From the NCBI GenBank assembly GCA_963699545.1, contig CAVOUE010000003.1:839118-903117 (forward strand): a stretch of 64,000 bases of DNA. Direction: 5' to 3'. This DNA is from Nitrospirota bacterium. GTDB taxonomy: Bacteria > Nitrospirota > Thermodesulfovibrionia > Thermodesulfovibrionales > UBA9159. Positions within the stretch are counted from its first letter, which is position 1. Each line of letters begins with the position of its first letter. The position numbers were made by a program, and so were the translations under genes. Positions 1 to 10,932 of this stretch are shown in pieces. A model generated the notes under the pieces. The model had not been told where the DNA came from. It saw only the letters and a list, made by a program, of their open reading frames with translations, and ran no database searches.

Positions 1-756
1 CGTGAGCCTCCTGAGGAGGTACTTCGGTCTCCTCAGGCCGGACCGGATAAAGCGGTTTTTCGGGAGGAACGGGGCGATGATATTGATTTCGATGCCCTGA
101 TCGAATCGGTTGTCGACCGCCATGCGGGCATTACCCCTTCCGACAGGGTGTATATCAGGCGCGAAAAGAACCTCCGAGATGTCTCGGTCGCCTTCCTCGT
201 CGACATGAGCTATTCAACCGGCGATGAACTCCCCTCGGGCAAGCGGATCGTCGACGTCGAGCGGGAGGGCCTGGTGCTCATGGCGGAAGCCCTCGAGAGC
301 ATCGGCGACCAGTGGGCGGTCTATGGCTTCTCTTCCAACTACCGCGACAAGGTCGACTTCTTTGTGGTGCGTGACTTCGGTGAACCGTTCTCACGACAAG
401 TGAAGATGCGCTTTGAGAATATCAAGCCTATTGCACAGACGAGGCTTGGCGCTGCCATACGCCATGCCAACAGCCTTCTTGCCCGACAGCCTTCACGGAT
501 CCGGCTCCTGATCCTTCTGTCTGACGGGAGGCCGTACGACATCGACTACGGTGATGCTGATTACGCAGTGGAGGATACGCGGAGAGCCCTGTGGGAAGGC
601 AGGAGGAAGGGAGTAAGTTCCTTTTGCATCACTGTCGACAAAAAGAGCCGTGACTATCTCCCCTACATGTACGGGGAGTCGAACTACACGCTCATCGACA
701 ACATCGAGACCATGCCCGCAAGGCTCCCGTTAATTTATAAACGGCTTACGACCTAA
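1..756 (+). CDS. vWA-domain protein, NorD/CbbO family (5' partial)
   Basis: MIDAS motifs LVDMSYST, TRLGAAIRH, LLSDGRPYD. The reading frame extends upstream of 148 (GDDIDFDALIE), with a 1-bp shift at the T-run near 56-61. Confidence 0.85.
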   Translation, partial: REPPEEVLRSPQAGPDKAVFREERGDDIDFDALIESVVDRHAGITPSDRVYIRREKNLRDVSVAFLVDMSYSTGDELPSGKRIVDVEREGLVLMAEALESIGDQWAVYGFSSNYRDKVDFFVVRDFGEPFSRQVKMRFENIKPIAQTRLGAAIRHANSLLARQPSRIRLLILLSDGRPYDIDYGDADYAVEDTRRALWEGRRKGVSSFCITVDKKSRDYLPYMYGESNYTLIDNIETMPARLPLIYKRLTT

Positions 757-770
757 GAAAGGAGGTAACG

Positions 771-1013
771 ATGGAAGTGTGTGGCAAGTGTGGAAGACCG
801 GCAGATTTTATCTGCCCGGATTGCGGGACCAAGGCCTGCAAGGCGCATATGGAGCTGCGTTACACGGGGCCTGACCGTGGGTTCAAGTCCCGCTACATGT
901 GTCCCGTATGCTGGAAAGTGAAGAGGGTGATGCTCAACGAGAACATGCTCAGGGCGCGGCAGTATCACAAGAAGATATATGTCGTGAATCCCTACTCGAA
1001 GCTGATCAGGTGA
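771..1013 (+). CDS. Small Cys-rich zinc-finger-like protein
   Basis: AAGGAGGT RBS; CxxC, CxxC, CxxH and CxxC motifs in 80 aa. Confidence 0.75.
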   Translation: MEVCGKCGRPADFICPDCGTKACKAHMELRYTGPDRGFKSRYMCPVCWKVKRVMLNENMLRARQYHKKIYVVNPYSKLIR

Positions 1014-1029
1014 CAGCAGGGACCGGAAA

Positions 1030-1686
1030 ATGGGAAAGAACACCGTTACGGAAAAGATCAGACAGATCGTCGCAGCCGCCGTTGAAAAGGGTGCGTACCG
1101 GGCAAAGGCGTTCTCTGCAAGGCTCGTGGTGGTTGACGAACGGGTCAGGCTCAAATGCCAGATACCCCTTTGCCCCCATTTCGGCACGACCCTCACTTGC
1201 CCTCCCAATGTTCCGACTGTGGAGGAGTTCAGTAAGGCATTGCAGCGATACCGTAAGGCTGTCCTCGTCCAGATGAGAAGTCCCATCACCATGAAGATGG
1301 AAGAGGTCGACCGGGAGGAAGCGTTGCGATTTATCGAAGGACATGGGAGGGCTGAACAGGGAAAAGGAGGTGAAAAGACAGAAGCGGCGAAGAACTTTGA
1401 CGATATGAAACTGGCTGCGGTGCGGCTTCATAAGCTCGTGAACGATGTGGAAGGCATGGCCATGTCTCTGGGGTTTCCCTATGCGCTCGGTCTCATCGGC
1501 GGCGAGTGCATGCTCTGCAGCTCCTGCATCGGCCCCGGGAGCGCATGTAGGCGTCCGTATCAGGCAAGGCCTTCGATGGAAGGGGTCGGGATTGATGTCA
1601 TACAGACGAGCATCCAGTGCGGGGCTCCCCTTTGATATGCCGCCGAAACGGAGATCGTCTGGAGTGGCCTGGTCCTGATCGATTAG
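1030..1686 (+). CDS. DUF2284 family metal-binding protein (3' frameshifts)
   Basis: KCQIPLCPHFG...CPP, GECMLCSSC, CRRPYQARPSMEGVGIDV. The true C-terminus AGLPF...IVWSGLVLID ends at TAG 1686 after indels near 1618-1645. Confidence 0.8.
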
Positions 1687-1760
1687 GGAAAGAGAGAATG
1701 CCTGCTTTCGTGTCCCGGAAGAGGAAGTGCAAGAACAAGTACAGTACCGAGGAGGTAACA

Positions 1761-2839
1761 ATGGCAGAACAGAGGAAATGACGAGTCTTGAAAGGGTAGC
1801 AGCCGCCCTCAGTTCAAGGAAGCCTGACAGGGTGCCTGCTGCGCCGCTGGTATGCGGCGCGACACACCGTGTTGCAGGGTTGACGTACGGTGAGTGGTCA
1901 CAGTGCACTGATGTCGATGCCATGGTCCGCGGCCATGTGGATGCACTGGAGCTGATCGGCCATGACGGCGTCGTGATGCTCGTTGATCTGTCCGTGGAGG
2001 CGCATGCCTTCGGGCTGTGAGGTCATTGTTCCCGGAATCGAACACCGCTCACCCGAATTACGATGACCCTTATCATCAAGAGCGACAGCGGATTACAAGA
2101 AGATTCAGAAGATCAATCCGCAGGAAAATCGAGAGAATGAAGGGCGTTATCGACATGACGGCGGGTCTGTCAAAAGAGATCGGCAAGACCCATGCGATCG
2201 TCGGGTTTGTATACGGTTCCCTCGGGGTTCTGAGCATGATGCGCGGACCCGGAGGCCTTCTTCATGGACCTTATGGAGCACCCCGACGAGGTCGTGGAGG
2301 CCATTCGGTATCATGGACGAGGCGCTCATCGAGTATGCCGTGGCCCAGGCCGAGGCGGGAGCACATTCGGTCTGCTATGACCATCTCTACGCCTCCCAGA
2401 GCATTCTGAGCAAGGAACTTTGGGAGAAGTTCGAAGGGCCGTCGGTCAAGAAGGTCATGCGATGCGATTCGCAAGGCAGGGCGCCTTCGTGAGCTTCCAC
2501 AACTGCGGCAACGGCATCTACTTCGATATGACCGAGAAATGGGGCAATCCCATGGCCATCTCCCACGCCTACGTTGCCGACGACGTGGACAGCTGGGAAG
2601 AGCACAAGGCCAAGTGGGGGAAGCAAGATCGCCACCATCGGCTGGATCCCGCCGGGACCGGTGGCGATGCTCGGCACGCCCGAGGAGATCGAGGAGGAAT
2701 GCAAGGCCGAGATGGAGATCTTCGCGCAAGGGCGGAGGATTCATCCTTTCCACGGGATGCGAGTATCGGCCCGAACGCGCCGCTCCGGAACGCAAAGAGG
2801 ATCGTGGAGGCGTCCAAGAAGTACGGCGTGTACAAGTAA
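1761..2839 (+). CDS. MtaA/CmuA (UroD-superfamily) methylcobalamin:thiol methyltransferase, multiple frameshifts
   Basis: GGAGGT RBS; MTSLERV..KPDRVP, DLSVEAHAFG; Zn ligands FHNCG and GGFILSTGCE, spread over several frames. Confidence 0.8.
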
Positions 2840-2917
2840 CGGTATGACAAGGACCGTCTTCAGGAGGGGCAACGGGAACAAACTCTGAACTGAGGCAATA
2901 CACGATGAGGAATCACA

Positions 2918-3607
2918 ATGGCGAACAAAATGGCGACCAGGAAAAAGAACAGGAATTGATCAAGAGACTTCAGGATGCGGTGATCAACTTTAAGGTGGAT
3001 GATGCGAAGAAGACCGCCGAGGAGGCCGTCGCAGGTCGGCGCGAACGCCTACACGGTGACGATGGAAGGTCTTGCGGGGGGTATGGAGGTCGTAAGCCAG
3101 AAGATTCGACTGCCATGAGTATTTCGTGCCGGAGACGCTTCTCTGCGCAAAGGCGCTCTATGCGGCGCTCGACGTCCTGAAACCGCACATCAAGGTGAGG
3201 TGAACATGGAGTGAAGCGGGGACAGGTCGTCCTCGGCGTCATGCAGGGTGACGTCCACGATCTCGGAAAGAACCTCATCAAGGCCATCTTCGAGGCCTCC
3301 GGCTGGACCGTGCATGACCTTGGCCGGGACGTTCCGCTCCAGAAGTTCGTGGAGGAACAGCTCAAGACCGACTCCGATATCGTCATGCTCTCTGCAATGA
3401 TGACGACCTCCATGGTGGGCATCAAGAAGCTCATTCCGATGATCAAGGAGAAGAATCCGAAGGTGAAGATCATGATCGGAGGCGCGCCGATCACCGAGAA
3501 GACCGTCGAGGAGTACGGAGCGGACACCACGGCGGACAATGCGCCCAATGCCCTTCGAGGAGGCGATGAAGATGCTCGAAACCCTGAGGAGAGGAAAGGC
3601 TGCATAA
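2918..3607 (+). CDS. Methyltransferase cognate corrinoid protein (MtaC/MtbC type), frameshifted
   Basis: Cap domain (EYFVPETLLCAKALYAAL) and B12 motif GDVHDLGKN...LSAMMTT...IGGAP; stop after LETLRRGKAA. Confidence 0.88.
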
Positions 3608-3778
3608 GGGTTCTCCTGTCTGCGGGATGCTGACACGGTAACTCCGAACGTGCTGGCATGAACATGGCCCTGCGCAAGACTTTTGCAGGGCTGTACTCGT
3701 CAGCCGACGGGCGTTGAGGGGTCTCACTGGAGCGGACGCAGAGGAGGGAAATCCTTGAAAAGGAGGATTTTGAGTACT

Positions 3779-5722
3779 ATGAACCACACTATTATTTTTC
3801 AGCCCTCTGGCAGGCGCGGCCAGGTACCTGAGGGCACTACCATTCTCGATGCTGCGAGGAGACTGGGCGTCGGCATTGAAGCTGTCTGCGGAGAACAGCT
3901 TGTCTGCGGCAAATGCCGGGTGAAGGTTATGGAGGGAACATATCCCAAAGGAGGGCATCACTTCGGCGATGAGCCATCTCACGACCTTGACGAAAAGGAG
4001 ATAAAGGTCCTGAAGCGCAAGGATTCTCAAGAGCATATCCGACTTGCGTGTTCATCAAGGATAATGGGTGATGTGCTCGTATTTGTTCCCGAAGCAAGCC
4101 GCACCGGCAAAGCAGGTGGTGAGCAAGGCGGCCGGGAAGATCAAGGTAAAGCTGAAACCGGCAGTGAAGAAATACTATGTCGAACTCCCCGTGCCCTCTC
4201 TGGACGAACCGCTTGGAGATTTCGAGCGGCTTGAACAGGCGCTCACTGAAAAGCACGGTCTCAAGAAGCTCTCCATAGACTACAGGACGCTCCAGAAACT
4301 GCCTGACGCGGTCAGGAAAGGCGACTGGAAGGTGACGGCAACGGTATGGCAGAACGCGGAGATCATCAGGGTCGACCCGGGAAAGGTCGAGACGAACATC
4401 GGCCTTGCCGTCGATATCGGCACGACGACCGTTGCGGGATACCTGACGGATCTCAACACGGGAGAGGTGATCGTGACGGAATCGATGATGAACCCTCAGG
4501 TGCGGTACGGAGAAGATGTCATGTCCCGTATCACCTACTGCATGATGAACGAAGAGACAGGTCTCAAGGAGCTCCAGGAGACGATCATCGAAGGACTCAA
4601 CACGATCGCGAAACAGGCCGCTCACAAGGCGGGCTTCACCGCCGAGGACATAAGCGAAATGACCCTTGTGGGGAATACCGCGATGCACCATATCCTCCTC
4701 GGGATCAACCCCGAATATACGGGTATGGCTCCGTTCACCCCTGCACTCCACCGTTCGGTAGACATAAAGGCGGACCGTTTCGGGATCCACATTCTTCCCT
4801 CCGGCAATATCCATGTATTGCCTATCGAGGCGGGCTTTGTGGGTGCTGACAATGTGGGCTGCCTGATCGCTGATGTGCCTTACAAGCGGAAGGAGATGAC
4901 CCTGCTCATCGATATCGGCACGAATGGAGAGCTTGTCCTCGGAAACAGGGAAAAACTCATCTCCTGTTCCTGCGCCACAGGCCCTGCCCTTGAAGGTGCC
5001 CAGATCGAGTTCGGGATGCGCGCGGCACCGGGCGCCATCGAAAGGGTAAAGATCGATCCCAAAACATTGGAAGCGACGTATCAGGTGATCGGAAGCGACC
5101 GCTGGAGCGACGGGGAGGTCAATATGCAGGCAAAAGGTATCTGCGGCTCTGCGATCATCGACGTGATCGCCGAGATGTTCAAGGCGGGGATACTGAAGAA
5201 GAACGGGCAGGTCAACATGGACCTTAAGTCACCGAGACTGAGGAAGGGTGATAAGGGCATGAACGAGTATGTGCTGGCCTGGAAGCACGAGACGTCCATA
5301 GACCAGGACATTGTGGTGAACCAGAAGGATGTCCGGGCGATACAGCTTGCCAAAGGCGCCCTCTATTCCGGCTGTCTCATCATGATGCGGAAGCTCGGCA
5401 TCAAGGAGTTCGACCGTCTGGCGGTGGCAGGCGCCTTCGGCAGCCACATCGACAAGGAAGAAGCGATGGTGATCGGCATGTATCCCCGATTGTGATCTGA
5501 AAAAGGTAAAATATATCGGGAACGCCGCCGGTGACGGCGCCCGTATCGCTCTTCTCAATGTGGACAAGAGAAAAGAGGCCAATGACATCGCCCGGAAGGT
5601 TGAGTATGTTGAACTTGCCCTCGAAGAGGACTTCAATGACCGTTTCGGAGAGGCGATGCAGTTCCCGCACATGTTCGATGCATTCCCTCACCTTGAAGGC
5701 ATTTTACCTGCTGAGGCGTTAA
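3779..5722 (+). CDS. RACo-type ASKHA ATPase, reductive activator of corrinoid proteins (N-terminal 2Fe-2S), 2 frameshifts
   Basis: CGxxxxCGKC...RLAC, AVDIGTTT, NPQVRYGEDVMSRI, GFVGAD, DIGTNGE, ATGPALEG, AGAFG, GNAAGDGA; shifts near 4110 and 5490. Confidence 0.9.
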
Positions 5723-5742
5723 ACGTGAGTTAATGGATTTCA

Positions 5743-5764
5743 CGGGCCGCCGAGAGGCGGCCCG
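5743..5764 (+). repeat. GC-rich hairpin with GNRA loop
   Basis: CGGGCCGCC-GAGA-GGCGGCCCG, intergenic, no U tract. Confidence 0.5.
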
Positions 5765-5781
5765 CGGGAAAGGAGAAAAAA

Positions 5782-5976
5782 ATGAAAGTCAAGTACGTGG
5801 GAGAGACCAGGGAGATTAAGACCGTGAGCGGGAAGGACGCAAAGCTCGAAAAGGGAATGGAACTGGAGTGCATGGAGAAGGAATATCACTCCGCGACTAC
5901 GGTGAGGGCAGTGTTAGTCTCCGGTGAACACGTGAAAGTGAGGAGGAACGAGCTTAAGAAAATTGACGTGTGCTGA
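5782..5976 (+). CDS. Small hypothetical protein
   Basis: AAGGAG RBS; 64-aa ORF co-oriented with neighbours. Confidence 0.65.
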   Translation: MKVKYVGETREIKTVSGKDAKLEKGMELECMEKEYHSATTVRAVLVSGEHVKVRRNELKKIDVC

Positions 5977-6066
5977 TTACACACGAGAAGAGGACACGGA
6001 AGGTAACTGAGAGGTAAGGCCTGCGCGAGGCCGCACAGGGTGGCCTTAAAAGAGTGAGGCGTTCGG

Positions 6067-6303
6067 GTGAAAATATCGATAGAATACTGCGGCACCTGCA
6101 ATTACAGGCCTATCGCAGCCAGTCTGGCCATGGCGATCGAAAAGGTCCTCGAACTTAAGCCGGAACTGGTACACTCCCCTGACATCGGCGCTTTCGAAGT
6201 GAAGGTGGATGATGAACTGGTATTCTCGAAGAAGGAGGCCAGAGTGTTCCCTGACCATGCCGAGATCATCGAGTTGCTGAAGACGTGGAAAGAACGCGCC
6301 TGA
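6067..6303 (+). CDS. Rdx (SelT/SelW/SelH) family protein, CxxC form
   Basis: IEYCGTCNY...GAFEVKVDDELVFSK...FP signature. Confidence 0.88.
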   Translation: MKISIEYCGTCNYRPIAASLAMAIEKVLELKPELVHSPDIGAFEVKVDDELVFSKKEARVFPDHAEIIELLKTWKERA

Positions 6304-6352
6304 AATGAAGAAATGACTTGACAGGAGAGGAGATAAGTATCATAAATAGAGA

Positions 6353-6507
6353 AACAGGTGCAAGAGCTTAATAGGGAATCCCGTGAAAATCGGGAGCGGT
6401 CCCGCCGCTGTAAACGGGGACAAAAGCCGACTGAGCCACTTTTCCGGATTATCGGGATGGGAAGGCCGGCAAGTAGGATGATCCGTTAGCCAGAAGACCT
6501 GCCTGTG
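6353..6507 (+). ncRNA. Cobalamin riboswitch 1
   Basis: AATAGGGAATCCCGTGAAAATCGGGAGCGGTCCCGCCGCTGTAA...GCCACT...GGGAAGG...B12 box GCCAGAAGACCTGCC, upstream of B12 transport genes. Confidence 0.93.
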
Positions 6508-6665
6508 CTCTAGTGATTTAGTAAGGAGTTATTGGCCCGGAGATAAAGCTCTCCGAGCTCTGAACAGAGAACTCCGGACTAAAGAGCTTCCCGTGGAGGA
6601 AGTGGGGCCCCAGGAAATTGAAAATTTTTTGGGGCATCGATTGGGGATGAAGTGAAACAGGGTGC

Positions 6666-6701
6666 AATCCTCAGGGCAGTTATTGCCCTGGGGATTTTTT
6701 T
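6666..6701 (+). terminator. Intrinsic terminator in the riboswitch leader
   Basis: AATCCTCAGGGCAG-TTA-TTGCCCTGGGGATT followed by a T run, just before the GGAGGT RBS. Confidence 0.75.
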
Positions 6702-6719
6702 GTTTTGGAGGTGTAGCGG

Positions 6720-7602
6720 TTGAAAGAGTTGATTGAGCAAGGTATTTCTCTGAAGAGGCGTGACGCTCATAATATGTAGAGTGGCGCTCCTGCTCTTCTC
6801 TCTCTGCTTTTTGCTCCCTCTGCCGATTGCGCGGAAACGCCGAAGAGGATTGTTTCCCTTGCGCCCAGCATGACCGAACTCCTCTTTGCCTTCGGCCTTG
6901 AAGACCGGCTCGCCGGCGTCACAAGCTTCTGCGACTACCCTGAGGCTGCAAAGAAAGAAACCGAAGATCGGCGGCATGTCGAACCCGTCACTTGAGGCTG
7001 TCATTTCGCTGAAACCGGATATCGTGGTGATGACCGTGGACGGAAATCCGAAGGAGTTCGAGGAGCGGCTTCGCTCCATGAAGATAAAGACCTATGTCTT
7101 CAGGGCGAGGCGGCTTCCGGAATTTCCGCAGGGCATCAGGGAGATGGGGGCGGAACTGGGCGTGAAAGAGAAGGCCGATCTGCTCGCCGGGGAGATCGAA
7201 AAGACGCTCACGAAGTTCAGCGATGGCGAGAACGCCTGCCCAAAAGAAAAAAGTGCTCGTTCATCATATGGCCCGATCCACTGATCGTTGCCGGACGCGG
7301 CAGCATCACGGACGACGCGTTAGCACTCCTCGGTGAGAAGAACATCTCGGATGATTCCGGGACGTCCTACCCAAAGTATTCGATCGAAGAGATCATCCGC
7401 AGGGCGCCCTGACGTCATCTTCATCGGCAGGGGAAAGGGCATGGAAAAGGTCTCCGAAGGGCTGTCTGCAGCGTCTGAAGACAGCGTGCCTGCCGTGAAG
7501 AACGGCAAGGTATTCTATGTGAGCGACTATCTCTATCGGCTCACGCCGAGGACGGTCAAGGGCGATGGAGGAGCTGGCAAGATACCTGGGGGGCAGGATT
7601 GA
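6720..7602 (+). CDS. btuF: Cobalamin ABC transporter substrate-binding protein, multiple frameshifts
   Basis: RIVSLAPSMTE, GVTSFCDYPEAA, IGGMSNPSLEAVISLKPD, SIEEII..PDVIF, VPAVKNGKV; start uncertain. Confidence 0.8.
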
Positions 7603-8564
7603 AGACGAGATTGTTTATTATCATCGTCGTTCCACTGGCGGTGTTCGGCTTATCCCTCGTGCTCGGCCCGAAGATCATAAACCCCTTTTGCATGGATGAG
7701 ACTGCGAGGGAAATACTCTTTTCCGTCAGGGCACCGAGGAGCATCGTCGCCCTGCTCATGGGAATGGCCCTCGGCGCTTCCGGGGCGGTCTTCCAGGGGA
7801 TACTCAGGAACCCGCTGGCTGATCCCTTATATCCTCGGCATATCGAGCGGGGCATCCCTCTGCCGCGGCCATCGGCATCATCATGGGACTAACGTTCCTG
7901 GGCACATTTACGATACCGGTCCTCGCATTTGCGGGCGCGATCTTGACGGGGAGCATTGTGGGAATGATGGGCTGGAAAAGGGGTGGCCTCTGGCCGGAAC
8001 GCCTGCTTCTCGGCGGTGTGGGGCTGAGCTTTCTCTTTTCCGCGCTCCTCATGCTCATGCTGAGCATATCGTCCGATGAAGGGTTGAGGAGGGCGACGCT
8101 GTGGATCTTCGGGGACCTTTCCATGTCGGACTGGTCACGGATACCCTTACGGGCTCGTTTTCGTTCTGGGAGGGATGCTGCTCTCGATGGTCAGGGCCAA
8201 GGCCCTCAACGCCCTGATCCTCGGTGACGAAATGGCCCACAGCCTGGGCTTTACCCCCCACGTAGAAAGATTCACCCTCTTCGTCTCCGTCGGTCTCATG
8301 ACGTCAGCTTCGGTATCCCTTGGGGGGATGATAGGCTTTATCGGACTGCTCGTCCCTCACATGATCAGGTTCTTTGCCGGCTCCGACGGCAGGGTGCTCA
8401 TACCGGCATCTGCGCTCATGGGAGGCGCTCTCCTCTGCGTCGCCGATCTCGTCAGCAGGTCGATACTGCCGCCCATGGAACTCCCGGCGGGAGTCGTTAC
8501 CGCGATCATAGGAGCGCCCTATTTTCTCTATCTCCTCAGGAGGAAGAATGTCCTCGGTTTCTGA
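7599..8564 (+). CDS. btuC: FecCD/BtuC ABC permease, frameshifted
   Basis: [67 protein letters not shown]. Confidence 0.88.
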
Positions 8565-9325
8565 TCACCCCATCCTCGAGTTCGACAAGACTCTGTTTTT
8601 CCTATGCGAAGAACGGCTCCTTCATCAATAACCTCACCCTCTCCATCAGTGGGGGCGAATTCATCGGCCTGCTCGGCGCAAACGGCTCAGGGAAATCGAC
8701 CATCCTGAAACTCGGCAGCGGGATCCTCAGGCCCTCAGCCGGGCACCTGATGCTCTGGGGCAAACCCTTGAAGGGCTATAACAACAGGGACAGGGCGAAA
8801 CTCATCAGCTACATGCCGCAATCGCTCGATGTGACCGTGCCGTTCACGATCAGGGAACTGGTAAGCATGGGGCTCTACCCTTATGACATCCGTCCCGCAA
8901 TGACTATCGAAGAAGCTCTCGACATGGTAGGGCTCCTTGGCAGGTCTGACGACCATCTTGCCGATCTCAGCGGCGGAGAGCAGCGAAGGACCTTCATCGC
9001 CATGACCCTCCTGCAGGGAGCGGGGCTCCTCCTCCTGGATGAACCCCTGGTAAACCTGGACATCCGGTACCAGGTCGAACTGGTACGGCTTCTGAGGAGA
9101 CTGAAGGAAGAAAGAAATATCTCTATTGTCATGGCCCTCCATGACATCAACGTCGCACTGCAACTCGAAAAGGTGATGCTCATCAAAAATGGGGAGATCC
9201 TCGGAATCGGTCCGCCGGCGGAGGTCCTCACCGAAGGGCTCATCCGTGAGGCGTTTGGCGTTGAGGTGAAGATAATCAGACAACGGGGAGAGAATGCTTA
9301 TGTCAGCTACGAGAACAACTTCTGA
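8548..9325 (+). CDS. btuD: Cobalamin/iron-chelate ABC ATPase, frameshift near 8595
   Basis: Walker A GANGSGKST upstream of the listed ORF; LSGGEQRR, LLLDEP, ALHD. Confidence 0.85.
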
Positions 9326-9869
9326 GAAACGAACGAAACGGGAAACTGCCGCAGCGGGCAGGATCGTCTTCGTCACCGGAGGAGCGCGGAGCGGCAAGAG
9401 CAGCTTTGCCCTCTCGGAGGCGCTGAAGATCACTGGCAAGAAGGCCTTCCTTGCGACGGCACAGGCGACGGATGAAGAGATGAAGGACCGGATAAGGCGC
9501 CACAGGCAGGACCGCGGGAACGGATGGGAGACCTTCGAAGAACCGATAGACCTTACGCGCCTTATGAGAGAGATCGATGGACAGTACTCGGTGATCGTCC
9601 TCGACTGCCTCACCCTCTGGCTTGCGAATGTGATGATGTCGGTGCTCGATGCGGAAAAGGAGACCGGCCGCCTGATCGCTGCTCTCAGGGCTCTGAAAAA
9701 GTCGAGGGTCTTCGTCGTCTCCAATGAGGTCGGAATGGGGATCGTCCCCGAAAACGAGCTTGCCCGGAGGTTCAGGGACTTGGCCGGGCAGATGAACCAG
9801 AGGGTCGCTGCGGTCGCAGATGAGGTGTTTGTTACGGTTTCAGGTATACCCGTGAAAATAAAAGGCTAA
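9294..9869 (+). CDS. cobU: Adenosylcobinamide kinase/phosphate guanylyltransferase
   Basis: [37 protein letters not shown]. Confidence 0.95.
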   Translation: MLMSATRTTSEKRTKRETAAAGRIVFVTGGARSGKSSFALSEALKITGKKAFLATAQATDEEMKDRIRRHRQDRGNGWETFEEPIDLTRLMREIDGQYSVIVLDCLTLWLANVMMSVLDAEKETGRLIAALRALKKSRVFVVSNEVGMGIVPENELARRFRDLAGQMNQRVAAVADEVFVTVSGIPVKIKG

Positions 9870-9879
9870 AGGAGAGAAC

Positions 9880-10932
9880 ATGGTTCATGAGACATTGAAG
9901 AGGATCAGGCCTTTGAGCGAAGACTACGCAGAACAGGCGCAGAAGAGGCTTGATAATCTCACAAAACCGCAGGGCAGCCTTGGGAGACTTGAGGAGTTTG
10001 CGAGGAGGCTTGTGGCGATCACCGAAAATTCCATGCCGGTGCTTGACAGGAAAGTCATCTTCACCTTTGCAGGGGATCACGGAGTCGCTGATGAAGGAGT
10101 CTCTGCCTATCCCCGAGAAGTAACCCGCCAGATGGTCCTCAACTTCCTGAACGGCGGGGCCGGTATAAACGTGCTCGCACGGCATGCAGGCTCCGAGGTG
10201 GTTGTGGTCGATATGGGCGTCGATTACGATTTTGGAAAGATCAACGGACTGCTCTCCCGCAAGGTTGTCATGGGCACGAAGAATATGCGCAAGGGTCCTG
10301 CAATGACCCGGGCAGAGGCCGAGACCTGTATCAATGTGGGAATCGAACTTGCGGACGCATATGCGAAAAAGAGATATGCCATATTCGGGACAGGAGATAT
10401 GGGCATCGCCAACACCACCCCCTCGTCTGCAATAGCCGCGGTTCTTACCGGAAAGTCCGTGCCGGAGGTGACAGGAAAAGGTACCGGGATCGACGACCAT
10501 GCCCTGGAGATCAAGATCAAGGTCATTGAGGATTCAATCGCCCTGAACCGGCCTGATCCAAAAGACCCGGTGGATGTCCTTGCCAAGGTAGGCGGTGCAG
10601 AGATCGGCGGCATTGCCGGCTTGGTCATCGGTGCCGCAGCAAACAGCGTCCCCGTCGTCATAGACGGGTTTATCTCAACCGCAGGGGCCTTGCTTGCGTA
10701 TTGTCTCGAACCGAAAACAGGAGAGTATATGTTTGCAGCGCACAACTCTGTCGAGAAAGGGCATAAGGCGATGCTCGGGAAAATGGGATTGAGACCGGTC
10801 CTTGACCTTGACCTGAGGCTCGGCGAAGGCACAGGCGCAGCGCTGGCAATGCTCATGATCGAGGCAGGGCTCAAGATTTACAAAGAGATGGCGACGTTCG
10901 GCGACGCGGGTGTATCGACAAGAAAGGATTAA
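9880..10932 (+). CDS. cobT: Nicotinate-nucleotide--dimethylbenzimidazole phosphoribosyltransferase
   Basis: [41 protein letters not shown]. Confidence 0.96.
   Translation: MVHETLKRIRPLSEDYAEQAQKRLDNLTKPQGSLGRLEEFARRLVAITENSMPVLDRKVIFTFAGDHGVADEGVSAYPREVTRQMVLNFLNGGAGINVLARHAGSEVVVVDMGVDYDFGKINGLLSRKVVMGTKNMRKGPAMTRAEAETCINVGIELADAYAKKRYAIFGTGDMGIANTTPSSAIAAVLTGKSVPEVTGKGTGIDDHALEIKIKVIEDSIALNRPDPKDPVDVLAKVGGAEIGGIAGLVIGAAANSVPVVIDGFISTAGALLAYCLEPKTGEYMFAAHNSVEKGHKAMLGKMGLRPVLDLDLRLGEGTGAALAMLMIEAGLKIYKEMATFGDAGVSTRKD

Noticed and set aside
5965-6006. C-UGA at the end of the 64-aa ORF as selenocysteine
   Set aside because: No redox-family context and no convincing SECIS hairpin.
1761-8564. 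Calling the frameshifted genes pseudogenes
   Set aside because: Motifs are intact and the indel pattern looks technical; cannot be settled without reads.
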